Below, in pieces: positions 13,249 through 22,172 of a stretch of 64,000 nucleotides of DNA. The stretch covers positions 133,670 through 197,669 of the forward strand of contig CAVUSH010000006.1 of assembly GCA_963744095.1 (NCBI GenBank), read 5' to 3'. Under the pieces are notes generated by a model. It made no database searches. It was given only the letters and a program-made list of their open reading frames with translations, and was not told the origin of the DNA. Each line of letters starts with the position of its first letter. Position 1 is the stretch's first letter. The DNA comes from an uncultured Chloroflexia bacterium (lineage in GTDB: Bacteria > Chloroflexota > Limnocylindria > Limnocylindrales > CSP1-4). Both the position numbers and the translations under genes were made by a program.

Positions 13249-14408
13249 TGGGCGTCCTCCGCGTCGAGCGAAGCGCTTCCTCGGACCTCGCGGCAAAGGC
13301 GTCGGGCGTCGCCTGGCGCGACTACGACATCCAGCTGACGGTCTACGCGGTGCTCCTGGCAGCGATCGGCCTGGCGATGGCATACAGCCACACGACCGCC
13401 CAGCTCGGAGAAGCCCTCGTTAGCGGCACGACGTTCGCCCGCGGCCTCGTCTGGGCGGGCCTGGCCCTCGTCGTCTACGCGGCGGCAACGATCTTCGACT
13501 ACCGCTGGCTCCGGACCCTGACGTGGCCCATCTACGTGGTGAACCTGGCCCTCCTCGTCGTCACCCTCCTCCTCGGCGACGCGGACGCCGCCTCGTCGCG
13601 CTGGATCTCGGTGCTCGGTTTCCAGTTCCAGTTCAGCGAGCTGGCCAAGATCCTGATGATCATCGTGCTCGCGCGCTACCTCGCCGACCGGGACCGGAGG
13701 CTCGATTCGCTTGCGTCGATCCTGGGGGCGTGCCTCGTCATGGCGCCGCCGTGGATCCTGGTCCTGCTCCAGCCCGACCTCGGGACATCGCTCGTCTTCT
13801 TCGCCATCCTCGCGGGGATGCTGTTCATGGCCGGCGCAAGCCTCCGCTGGCTGGGGGCCCTCGCAGTCGCCGGCCTGGCGGCGCTGCCGCTCGTCTGGAC
13901 CTACGTGCTCCACGACTACCAGCGGGAACGGCTCACGAGCTTCCTCGACCCCGCCCGGGACCCGCTCGGAGCGGGCTTCCAGCTGCTGACGGCCCAGAAG
14001 GCCGTCTCCTCCGGCGGCCTCCTCGGCGCCGGGCTCACCAACGGGGCGCAGAACCAATCGGACCTCCTGCCGGTCCAGACCACCGACTTCGTCTTCGCGA
14101 TCGTGGCCGAGGAGCTCGGCTTCGTGGGGTGCGTGGTGATCTTTCTCCTTTTCGCGGCGCTGATCTGGAGGGTGCTGGCGATCGCCTGGCGCTCGCGCGA
14201 CCCATTCGGCCTCATGGTGGGGGCCGGGATCGCCTCGATGATCCTCTTCCAGCTGACCGTGAACGTGGGGATGGTCCTCGGGATCATGCCGATCACCGGG
14301 ATCCCCCTCCCGTTCATCACGCACGGCGGCTCGTCCCTCATCAGCATGGCGATCGGGCTCGGCGTCCTCCAGAGCGTCGCCATCCGCCAGCAACGGGCCG
14401 AGTGGTAA
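13248..14408 (+). CDS. rodA: SEDS-family peptidoglycan polymerase RodA
   Basis: 386 aa, ~10 TM. Typical FtsW/RodA/SpoVE motifs: FQFQFSELAKI, TDFVFAIVAEELGF, GIPLPFITHGGSSL. Located downstream of PBP2. Confidence 0.9.
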   Translation: MGVLRVERSASSDLAAKASGVAWRDYDIQLTVYAVLLAAIGLAMAYSHTTAQLGEALVSGTTFARGLVWAGLALVVYAAATIFDYRWLRTLTWPIYVVNLALLVVTLLLGDADAASSRWISVLGFQFQFSELAKILMIIVLARYLADRDRRLDSLASILGACLVMAPPWILVLLQPDLGTSLVFFAILAGMLFMAGASLRWLGALAVAGLAALPLVWTYVLHDYQRERLTSFLDPARDPLGAGFQLLTAQKAVSSGGLLGAGLTNGAQNQSDLLPVQTTDFVFAIVAEELGFVGCVVIFLLFAALIWRVLAIAWRSRDPFGLMVGAGIASMILFQLTVNVGMVLGIMPITGIPLPFITHGGSSLISMAIGLGVLQSVAIRQQRAEW

Positions 14409-14421
14409 GGAGGAGCCCTGC

Positions 14422-14937
14422 ATGACCCGCGGCGATACGCCCGACCAGGGGGATGACGACCCTCCCGAGCCATTCCTCGGCCCGCGGACGCTGATCTCCG
14501 CCGCCGGCGACCTCCTGGCGATCGCGCCCGTGCTCGTCGCTGCCGACGATGACCTCGACTCCGTCATCCGGCGCGCTGCGGCCTCGCCGTCGACGCGGGT
14601 CCTCGGGGTCGTGGACCCGGCGGGCGTGCTGATCGGCGTCGTCACTCCGCACGACCTGGTGGCCGCCGTCGTGGGCCGGCTGGCCCCCGGCGCGCTCCTG
14701 ACGCAGATTCACGATGTCGACGGCGTCGGGGAATACGGCCGCTACGTCGAGGCGACGGTCGCCGGGGACCTGATGCGCCCTCCGGCGGCCCTGCCCGCGA
14801 CGGCGACGCTGGGCGAGGCGTTCAACCTCATGTACCTCCGCGACCTCTCCGGCGCATACGTCATCGACGACGCGGGGCGCCCGAGCGCGTACCTCGACGG
14901 GCTGGAGCTCGCCGCCGCGATCGTGGCCGCGGGCTGA
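14422..14937 (+). CDS. CBS-pair domain protein
   Basis: 171 aa with two CBS-like units (RVLGVVDPAGVLIGVVTPHDL; SGAYVIDDAGRPSAYLDGLEL). A strong SD (AAGGAGG) lies 9 nt upstream. Confidence 0.55.
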   Translation: MTRGDTPDQGDDDPPEPFLGPRTLISAAGDLLAIAPVLVAADDDLDSVIRRAAASPSTRVLGVVDPAGVLIGVVTPHDLVAAVVGRLAPGALLTQIHDVDGVGEYGRYVEATVAGDLMRPPAALPATATLGEAFNLMYLRDLSGAYVIDDAGRPSAYLDGLELAAAIVAAG

Positions 14938-14945
14938 CTTCGCCC

Positions 14946-16211
14946 ATGGAGCCCTGGATCGCCCTCGCGATCTTCGTGGTCACGTACGGGGCGATCGCCT
15001 CGGACCGCATCGACCGGACGCTGGCCGCCCTGCTGGGCGCTGCCGTCGTCATCCTGCTCGGGATCATCACCCAGGCGACAGCCTTCGGGGCCGTCGACTG
15101 GAACGTCATCTTCCTCCTGTTCGGGATGATGGTCATCGCCGGCGTCATGCGGCGGACCGGCGTCTTCGGCTGGCTGGCGATCAGGACGGTCCGCCTGGCG
15201 CGGGGCGAGCCACTGGCGATCCTCCTGCTCCTCGCAGGGGTCACCGCCCTCCTCAGCGCCTTCCTCGACAACGTGACGACGATCGTCCTGCTCGTGCCCG
15301 TCACGCTCTTCATTGCCACGACGCTGCGGCTCTCCCCGATCCCCTTCGTTCTCGCCGAGGTGCTGGCCTCGAACATCGGGGGGACCGCGACCCTGATCGG
15401 GGACCCGCCCAACATCCTGATCGGGTCGGCCAGCGGGCTGACCTTCCTCGACTTCCTGCTCAACCTCACCCCGGTCATCATCGTGATCTTCGTCGTAGCC
15501 GCCGGCGCGCTGGCCATCGTCTTCCGCCGCCAGATGTCCGTGGCCCCCGAAGTCCGGGAGGCCGTCCTCGCGATCGACGATTCGGAGTTCATCTCCGACC
15601 ATCGCCTGCTGCGCCTGAGCCTTCTCGTGCTGGCCCTCACGATCACCGGATTCCTCTTCGCCTCGGTCATCCACCAGCAGCCGGCGACCATCGCCCTGCT
15701 GGGGGCGGCCGTCCTCCTCCTCGTGTCCCGGCTCGATCCCGAGGAGCTCATCCGGGAGGTGGACTGGTCGACGCTCCTCTTCTTCGTCGGCCTCTTCGTG
15801 CTGGTCGAGGGGCTCGTCGCGACCGGGGTGATCGCCGCTCTCGGAACGCAGCTGGTCGAGATCACCGGCGGCGACCAGGCCGTGACGACGCTGGGCCTGC
15901 TCTGGGTGAGCGGGATCGCGTCCGCGTTGGTCGACAACATCCCCTACACCGCGACGATGATCCCGGTCGTCCAGCAGCTCGGGACCAGCGGCCTCGCCGT
16001 CGAGCCGCTCTGGTGGGCGCTGGCGCTGGGGGCGTGTCTCGGCGGCAACGCCACGATCATCGGGGCGTCCGCCAACGTCGTCGCGGCGAACGCGGTGGCC
16101 CGGGCGGGCCACCCGATCAGCTTCGGGCAGTTCCTCCGCGTCGGCGGCCTCGTCGCCCTGCTCTCGCTGCTCATCTCGAGCGCCTACGTCTGGCTTCGGT
16201 ACCTTGTCTAG
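14946..16211 (+). CDS. ArsB/NhaD-superfamily permease (citrate-transporter-like ion transporter)
   Basis: 421 aa, polytopic. Characteristic motifs: AFLDNVTTIVLLVPV, SNIGGTATLIGDPPNILIG, ALVDNIPYTATMIPV. Confidence 0.75.
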   Translation: MEPWIALAIFVVTYGAIASDRIDRTLAALLGAAVVILLGIITQATAFGAVDWNVIFLLFGMMVIAGVMRRTGVFGWLAIRTVRLARGEPLAILLLLAGVTALLSAFLDNVTTIVLLVPVTLFIATTLRLSPIPFVLAEVLASNIGGTATLIGDPPNILIGSASGLTFLDFLLNLTPVIIVIFVVAAGALAIVFRRQMSVAPEVREAVLAIDDSEFISDHRLLRLSLLVLALTITGFLFASVIHQQPATIALLGAAVLLLVSRLDPEELIREVDWSTLLFFVGLFVLVEGLVATGVIAALGTQLVEITGGDQAVTTLGLLWVSGIASALVDNIPYTATMIPVVQQLGTSGLAVEPLWWALALGACLGGNATIIGASANVVAANAVARAGHPISFGQFLRVGGLVALLSLLISSAYVWLRYLV

Positions 16212-16214
16212 TCG

Positions 16215-17468
16215 ATGACGCCGCTCGCCTTCTCCCTCGATCCCGTGCCCGCCCTTGCCCTCCCACCGCCGGACACCAGGTCGGTCGACACCCTGGACAT
16301 CCTCGTGGGGCTCTTCATCCTGCTTCTGGCCGCGAAGGTCGGCGAGGAGATGTTCCGGCGGCTCCGCCAGCCGGGGGTGATCGGCGAGCTCGCGGGGGGC
16401 TTCGTCGTCGGGCCGTTTGCCCTTGGCCTCGTGGCTCCGGGCGAGACGGCGATGGTGCTGGCCGAGATCGGCGTGGTCATCCTGCTCTTCGCCGTCGGGC
16501 TGGAGATCAAGACCGACGAGCTGCTCCAGGTCGGCCGGCCGGCCGCGGTCACGGCCGTCCTGGGGGTGATCCTGCCGATCGCCGCCGGGGCGGGCTATGC
16601 CGTGATCGCGGGAGAGCCGCCGGCCACCGCCGCGTTCGTCGGTCTGGCCCTCGCGGCCACCAGCGTCGGCATCACGAGCCGCGTGCTCACCGAGCTCGGC
16701 GTCCTGGACCGGCGCTTCGCCCGGATCATCATCGGGGCCGCCGTCATCGACGACGTCCTGGCCCTCGTCCTCATCGGGATCGTCTCCGGCGCGGCCGAGG
16801 GCGACCTCGGGATCGCCACCCTCGGCCTGATCGTCGGCGCCGTCGGCTTCGTCGTCCTCGGCTTCGCCGCCGCCCGGCGGGCTCGCGGTCTGAAGCGCGA
16901 GGTCTTCACCTGGCCGCTCTTCACCGACACGCCGCTCGTGCTCGCCTTCCTGCTCATGCTCGGTCTCGCGATCCTGGCCGCGTACATCGGGCTGGCCGCC
17001 ATCATCGGCGCGTTCGTGGCGGGTCTGATCGTGGCCGAGACCGAGGCCCAGGACGAGATCGAGCACGAGATCAAGCCGCTCGCCTCGATCTTCACCCCCT
17101 TCTTCTTCGCCGTGACGGGCGCCCAGCTGGACCTTGGGGCGCTGGCGGATCCCAGGCTCGCGCTCTCCGCGCTCGTGCTGGCCGCCCTGGGGATCGCCAC
17201 CAAGGTCCTGGCCGGCGTCATCGGGGCGCGCGGGACCGGCCGCTGGAGCGCCCTGGCGGTGGGTGTCGGGATGGCGCCGCGCGGCGAGGTCGGGATCGTG
17301 GTCGTGACGCTGGGGCTCAGCCTCGGCCTGCTGACCTCGAGCCTCTTCAGCGGCGTGCTCGTCGCGGTCGTGCTGACTACGGTCGCCGCGCCGATCATGT
17401 TGAACCTCGTGATCCCCCGCGCCGCCGCGGAAACGGAGGGCGCCGCCGGGGTGCCGGCGTCGGGCTAG
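16215..17468 (+). CDS. Cation:proton antiporter (CPA2 / Na+/H+-exchanger family)
   Basis: 417 aa, ~12 TM. The N-terminal LLAAKVGEEMFRRLRQPGVIGELAGGFVVGP is typical of Kef/NapA-type exchangers. Confidence 0.8.
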   Translation: MTPLAFSLDPVPALALPPPDTRSVDTLDILVGLFILLLAAKVGEEMFRRLRQPGVIGELAGGFVVGPFALGLVAPGETAMVLAEIGVVILLFAVGLEIKTDELLQVGRPAAVTAVLGVILPIAAGAGYAVIAGEPPATAAFVGLALAATSVGITSRVLTELGVLDRRFARIIIGAAVIDDVLALVLIGIVSGAAEGDLGIATLGLIVGAVGFVVLGFAAARRARGLKREVFTWPLFTDTPLVLAFLLMLGLAILAAYIGLAAIIGAFVAGLIVAETEAQDEIEHEIKPLASIFTPFFFAVTGAQLDLGALADPRLALSALVLAALGIATKVLAGVIGARGTGRWSALAVGVGMAPRGEVGIVVVTLGLSLGLLTSSLFSGVLVAVVLTTVAAPIMLNLVIPRAAAETEGAAGVPASG

Positions 17469-17484
17469 GGGCGCGGGCGTCGGG

Positions 17485-18753
17485 CTAGGGGCGCGGGCCC
17501 TCCGCGGCGGCCGCCGCAGGCTCACCCGTGCCGACGAGCTCATCCTCGCCGTCGCCCTCCCCAGGCTCGAGCCCGGCCGGGCCCGCATCGTGGGCGCCGC
17601 GCGCGTCTCCCGTGGCCGCCTCATCGGGGCTCAGGCCGTCGGCGCGGCGGAAGGCGTACTTGTACAGGTCGCGCAGCGTCGCGGCGATCGGCAGGGCGAG
17701 GATGGCACCGAGCAGGCCGGCGATCGCGCCGCCGAGGATCAGCGAGAAGATGACGACCGCCGGGTGCAGGTTGGTCGCGTCGCCCTGGATCTTGGGGACC
17801 AGGATGGTGTTCTCGACCTGCTGGATCGCGAAGTAGAGCAGGAGGGCGGCGACGATCGCCGGCACCCCGGCCGTCGCGCCGAGGAGGACGGCCGGGATCG
17901 CCGCGATGATCGGGCCGATGACCGGCAGCAGCTCCAGGATCCCCGCGATCACCGCGAGCAGGACCGCGTAGCGGGAGAACACCGGGTCGACGAGGGCGCC
18001 GAGCACGAGAAGGCCGACGAAGGTCGCCAACCCGACGACGAGGCCGAGGATCAGCTGGCCCCGGATCCACGAGCCGAAGACGCGCCGCACGATCCCCAGC
18101 GTCGCCCACGTGTCGGCGCGCCACGCCGCCGGGACGGCGCGATCGAAGCTGCGCACGATCGCCGGCCGGTCCTTGAGGATCCAGAAGGTCCAGACGGGGA
18201 TGATCAGGTATCCGAAGATCGAGCCCACGAAACCGAGCACCGAGCTGAAGACCGGGCGGAGGATGCTGGGGATGATCGACCCGATGTTGGCGACGAAGTC
18301 CGCCACGGCCTTGTCGATGGCCGCCTTGACGTCGGCCGGCAGGTCGAGCCGGTTCCACCACCCGAGCAGCTCCGCGAGGCGGCCGTTGAGGTCGTCGACG
18401 TAGCCCGGGGCATCCTTGACGAAGGCGCGGACCTGGTCGATCAGGGGCCCCACGAGGAGCAGGACGAGCTCGACGAGGACGAGCGTCGCGACCACGTAGA
18501 CCAGGAGGATCAGGAGGGCCCGGGGAACCCGCCGGCCGCGGAACTGGACCCGGGCCAGGCGCTCGACGACCGGATCGAGCAGGTAGACGATGAGGATCCC
18601 GACGACGAACGGGGCCAGGACGTCGCGTCCGAGCCAGAACAGCACGGCCAGCATCGCGACGCCGGCGAGGAGGACGAGGACGCGCCGCGACGGCAGGGAC
18701 ACGCTCCCGGGCGCGCGGGCAGCGGGTGCGGGCGATCCGGCGGGAACCTCCAT
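17485..18753 (-). CDS. AI-2E family transporter (PerM/UPF0118)
   Basis: 422 aa, polytopic. It has the C-terminal conserved block LELLPVIGPIIAAIPAVLL...QQVENTILVPKIQG. Confidence 0.8.
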   Translation of the reverse strand: MEVPAGSPAPAARAPGSVSLPSRRVLVLLAGVAMLAVLFWLGRDVLAPFVVGILIVYLLDPVVERLARVQFRGRRVPRALLILLVYVVATLVLVELVLLLVGPLIDQVRAFVKDAPGYVDDLNGRLAELLGWWNRLDLPADVKAAIDKAVADFVANIGSIIPSILRPVFSSVLGFVGSIFGYLIIPVWTFWILKDRPAIVRSFDRAVPAAWRADTWATLGIVRRVFGSWIRGQLILGLVVGLATFVGLLVLGALVDPVFSRYAVLLAVIAGILELLPVIGPIIAAIPAVLLGATAGVPAIVAALLLYFAIQQVENTILVPKIQGDATNLHPAVVIFSLILGGAIAGLLGAILALPIAATLRDLYKYAFRRADGLSPDEAATGDARGAHDAGPAGLEPGEGDGEDELVGTGEPAAAAAEGPRP

Positions 18754-18773
18754 CCTTCCGGCAGACTACCACC

Positions 18774-19541
18774 GTGACCGAGCCATCCGGAGCCCGCCGG
18801 GGCCCCTCCGTCGATTCCCCCGCCCGAACGCCGCCGCCGGCCGCCCCGGCGCGCCAGCGGTGGCGCCTCTTCGTGGCGGTTCCGGCGCCGGCCGCGGCCG
18901 GCGGGGTGGCCGGCGCGGGCGCCGCGCGGAGCCTGCCGTGGCTTCTTTCGTCGGCCGGCCTGCCGGTCGCCGGGGAGGGCGCCGGAAGAGGCCGCGTGGT
19001 GCCGGCGGCACCCCTCCCGGTCGGCGTCGCCGGCGAGCGGGAGGTCGTCGATCTCTACCTTGCCGAGTGCCTTCCCGCCGGGGCCGTCCGAGCGGGCGTC
19101 GTCGCCGCCCTCCCCGTCGGAATGTCGCTCCTGGATCTCCACGACGTCTGGGTCGGGGCGCCGTCGGCGCCGGCCGCCGTCGTTGCCGCGGACTACCGGG
19201 TGCACCTGGCCGGACCCCCCCGCCGGGTGGTCGAGGATGCGGTCCAGGCGCTCCTGGGCGCGTCCGCGCTGCCCCGCGAGCGCCGCCGCGAGAAGAAGAC
19301 CATCGCCTACGACCTGCGGCCGCTCATCCTCGGCCTGGAGATCCGGGGCAGCGACGAGATCGGCGTGACCCTGGCGATGCGCCTGCGCCATGCACCCGAG
19401 GCGGTGGGGCGGCCCGACGAGGTGGTGGCTGCGCTCGGCGAGCCGCCGGCGCCGGCGCTGCCCGGGCCGCTCACCGTGCGCTCGCTCGTGCGGGAACGGA
19501 TCGTGATGGCCGACGACCCCGACGCCTCGTCGATGCGCTGA
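18774..19541 (+). CDS. Divergent DUF2344/TIGR03936-like (radical-SAM-linked) protein
   Basis: Resembles the family in the blocks AGLPVA...PLPVGVAGEREVVDLYL, AADYRV and KKTIAYDLRPLILGLE. The usual N-terminal SHLD block is not recognisable. The start is moved to GTG 18774 to avoid a 5' overlap with the divergent AI-2E gene and remains uncertain. Confidence 0.45.
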   Translation: MTEPSGARRGPSVDSPARTPPPAAPARQRWRLFVAVPAPAAAGGVAGAGAARSLPWLLSSAGLPVAGEGAGRGRVVPAAPLPVGVAGEREVVDLYLAECLPAGAVRAGVVAALPVGMSLLDLHDVWVGAPSAPAAVVAADYRVHLAGPPRRVVEDAVQALLGASALPRERRREKKTIAYDLRPLILGLEIRGSDEIGVTLAMRLRHAPEAVGRPDEVVAALGEPPAPALPGPLTVRSLVRERIVMADDPDASSMR

Positions 19542-19705
19542 GGCCGCGGTCGGGTCGGGACGTACGCCCCGCCCCGATCCTGCCGGTCGGCTCTCGCGGC
19601 GGCGCGTCCCGCGGGCCCAGAGTCAGCAGCTGGCGGTGTGGACAGGCCCCGATCTCGGGCCGTGATCCGGAGCGCCGTCCCCCGGTGGATCCACGGAGGT
19701 GCGCC

Positions 19706-20653
19706 ATGGCTCACGCGATCGAGGTGCGCGGCCTGACGCGGTGGTACGGCAAGCGGCGCGGAGTCATCGAGCTCGACGTCGCGGTCGAGGAGGGCGAGGT
19801 CTTCGGATTTCTCGGCCCGAACGGCGCCGGCAAGACGACGACGATCCGGATGCTGATGGGCCTCATCCGGCCGAGCGCAGGCGCGGCCACGATCTGGGGC
19901 CTGGACGCCTGGCGTGATGCCCCGGCGGTCCACCGACGGGTCGCCCATCTTGGCAGCGACCCCGGCTACCTCGGCGAGCTCACCGCCGCCCAGACGCTCG
20001 ACCACGTGGCGGCGCTGCGGGGCGTCGCGAAGGGCGCCTGGCGGCCGCTGGCGGAGCGCCTCGAGCTGGACCCCACGGTCCAGGTGAAGAAGCTGTCCCG
20101 CGGCAACCGCCAGAAGGTGGGGGTCGTCCAGGTGTTCATGGGCGCCGAGCCGCTGCTCGTCATGGACGAGCCCTCGACGGGCCTGGACCCGCTCATGCAG
20201 CGCGAGTTCCTGAGCCTCGTGGCGGAAGCTCGGGCGGCCGGCCGGACGGTCTTCCTGTCGTCGCACAACCTGACCGAGGTGGAGCGCGCCTGCGACCGGG
20301 TCGCGATCATCCGCGAGGGACGCCTGGTGAAGATCGCCACGGTGGCCGCCCTCGTCGGCGACCACACCCGCTCGATGAACCTCGTGCTCGCCAGCCCGGC
20401 GGAGCCGGCGACCTTCGACCTCCCGGGGGTGACGGTCCTCTCCAGCACCGGCCAGGACGTCCACGTGATGGTCCGCGGCGACGTGAACCCACTCCTCCGC
20501 CGCCTGGCCGGCCTCGAGGTCCGCGACATCTCGATCACCACGCCCGACGTCGAGGACCTCTTCTTCCGCTACTACGATGGGTCCGTGGCCGGCTCGGAAG
20601 GGCGGACGGCCGCGGCGAACGCGACCGAGACCCCGCTGGAGGTGCCGCGATGA
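19706..20653 (+). CDS. ABC transporter ATP-binding protein (ABC-2/drug-exporter type)
   Basis: Walker A GPNGAGKTTT, signature LSRGNRQKV, Walker B LLVMDEPSTGLD, H-loop SSHNL. The ATG at 19706 is preceded by GGAGG. Confidence 0.92.
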   Translation: MAHAIEVRGLTRWYGKRRGVIELDVAVEEGEVFGFLGPNGAGKTTTIRMLMGLIRPSAGAATIWGLDAWRDAPAVHRRVAHLGSDPGYLGELTAAQTLDHVAALRGVAKGAWRPLAERLELDPTVQVKKLSRGNRQKVGVVQVFMGAEPLLVMDEPSTGLDPLMQREFLSLVAEARAAGRTVFLSSHNLTEVERACDRVAIIREGRLVKIATVAALVGDHTRSMNLVLASPAEPATFDLPGVTVLSSTGQDVHVMVRGDVNPLLRRLAGLEVRDISITTPDVEDLFFRYYDGSVAGSEGRTAAANATETPLEVPR

Positions 20654-21453
20654 CCGGGCTCGCGTTCCGCCTCGAGATGCGGCGCAGCCGGATGGTTGCC
20701 TTCTGGCTGGCCGTCATCGTGCTTGCCTACGGCGGGATCATCGCGGCGATGTACCCGATCCTGCTGGAGAACGCGGCGGCGCTCGAGGACTACATGAAGA
20801 TCTTCCCGAAGGAGCTCATGGCGGCCTTCGGCATGACGGGCAGTCTCGTCGATCCCGGGGTCTTCTTCGGGACCTATATCGGGAGCATGCTGTGGCCCGT
20901 CGTCGCGGCGATCGCGGCGATCATCCTCGCCACCCGCCCGGTCGCGGCCGACGTGGACCGGGGCTGGGCAGATGTGGTCCTGGGCACGCCCCTCACTCGA
21001 GCGCGGTTCCTCGCGGCCGCCATCGCCTCGCAGGCGCTCGTGCTCGCCGCGCTCGCCGCTGCGACCGTGACCGGCGTGCTGGTGATCGGCCGGCTCGTCG
21101 GCGCCGACTTCGACGTCGGGCGCTTCGCCGCGGCGACCGTCGTCCTGTGGCTGTTCGGCTGCGCGGTCGGCGGCGTCACGTCGCTCATCGGGGCCGTCAC
21201 CCTCAGCCGGGCGATCGCCGGCGGCCTGGCCGCGGGGATCCTGATCCTGATGTATCTCATGAACGTCGTGGCCCAGGTCCAGGTCGACCTGGCCTGGGTG
21301 GGGGACTTCGGCGCGTTCAAATACCTGCTCACGACCGACCTGATCGACACGGGCATCATGCCGTGGACGTCGGTCGCGATCTTCGCGATCGTGGCGGTGG
21401 CGGGCTGGCTGGGCGCGGTCCTCGTCTTCCGGCGCCGGGACCTCCTCGCCTGA
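20650..21453 (+). CDS. ABC-2 family transporter permease
   Basis: 267 aa, 6 predicted TM. The start overlaps the ATPase stop (ATGA). Confidence 0.65.
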   Translation: MTGLAFRLEMRRSRMVAFWLAVIVLAYGGIIAAMYPILLENAAALEDYMKIFPKELMAAFGMTGSLVDPGVFFGTYIGSMLWPVVAAIAAIILATRPVAADVDRGWADVVLGTPLTRARFLAAAIASQALVLAALAAATVTGVLVIGRLVGADFDVGRFAAATVVLWLFGCAVGGVTSLIGAVTLSRAIAGGLAAGILILMYLMNVVAQVQVDLAWVGDFGAFKYLLTTDLIDTGIMPWTSVAIFAIVAVAGWLGAVLVFRRRDLLA

Positions 21454-21454
21454 T

Positions 21455-22153
21455 TCAGATGACGCCGCGACCGCGGACCATGCCGGGCTGCATCTCGGTC
21501 GCCGCGACGATGTGGCGACGGTTCAAGAGGGCGAAGCTGTAGCGGGAGATGACCCGACGGTCGGCGAGCGAGCGGGTCCGAACGTCGGTCATGGGGATCC
21601 ACACCGGGCTGGGCGATTCGATGAATGCCGACAGGACCCCCTCCGGGTTGAGGTGAACCTCGCCGGTGAGGGTGTGACCGGGGGTCACCACGATGAGGAG
21701 ACAGGTCCGCTTCAGCAGGAACTCGCGGCCTGGTGCTTCGGGCTCGTCGACGTCGGCCGCCTGTCCGATGAGCGTCACCTCGTCCGGGCTCACCCAGATG
21801 CTGGGCGAGGTCACCTTGGTCGGGTCGCCGTTGCGGCGCAGGACGGTGACGTCGCGGAGCTGGATCAGGCCAGGGTTGCTGTTCACGAAGTCGGACAGCC
21901 GGTGATGGAGGCCGATCAACACGCTTCCCGAGAGCCGGAGATGCTGGCCCACGAGCTCGATCGGGAGCCCTTCGGCCCGCTCGGCGGCTGTTGGCGGCGC
22001 GACCGCCTCGACGACGAGGGCTTCGAGATGCGTCGCCGCATCGCCGTCGACGATGTCGTCGTCGCGTTCGGGGACGATCGCGTCGAGCGTCGTTGCAGGA
22101 CCGAGCGCAGCGGCGACGGCCTGGTCGCCGTCGGCGCGTGGTTGATCGGTCAT
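21455..22153 (-). CDS. Hypothetical protein, module A' (divergent A domain with acidic N-terminal tail)
   Basis: 232 aa from the internal ATG at 22153, 19 nt after the stop of the B gene. Residues ~65-215 keep the landmarks of the A domain (RLSDFVN, PDEVTLI, GHTLTGEVH, WIPMTDV, LLNRRH). The upstream part of the 406-aa track ORF lies inside the B gene. Confidence 0.55.
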   Translation of the reverse strand: MTDQPRADGDQAVAAALGPATTLDAIVPERDDDIVDGDAATHLEALVVEAVAPPTAAERAEGLPIELVGQHLRLSGSVLIGLHHRLSDFVNSNPGLIQLRDVTVLRRNGDPTKVTSPSIWVSPDEVTLIGQAADVDEPEAPGREFLLKRTCLLIVVTPGHTLTGEVHLNPEGVLSAFIESPSPVWIPMTDVRTRSLADRRVISRYSFALLNRRHIVAATEMQPGMVRGRGVI

Positions 22154-22172
22154 GGCAGAGCGCCGTCCTGGG

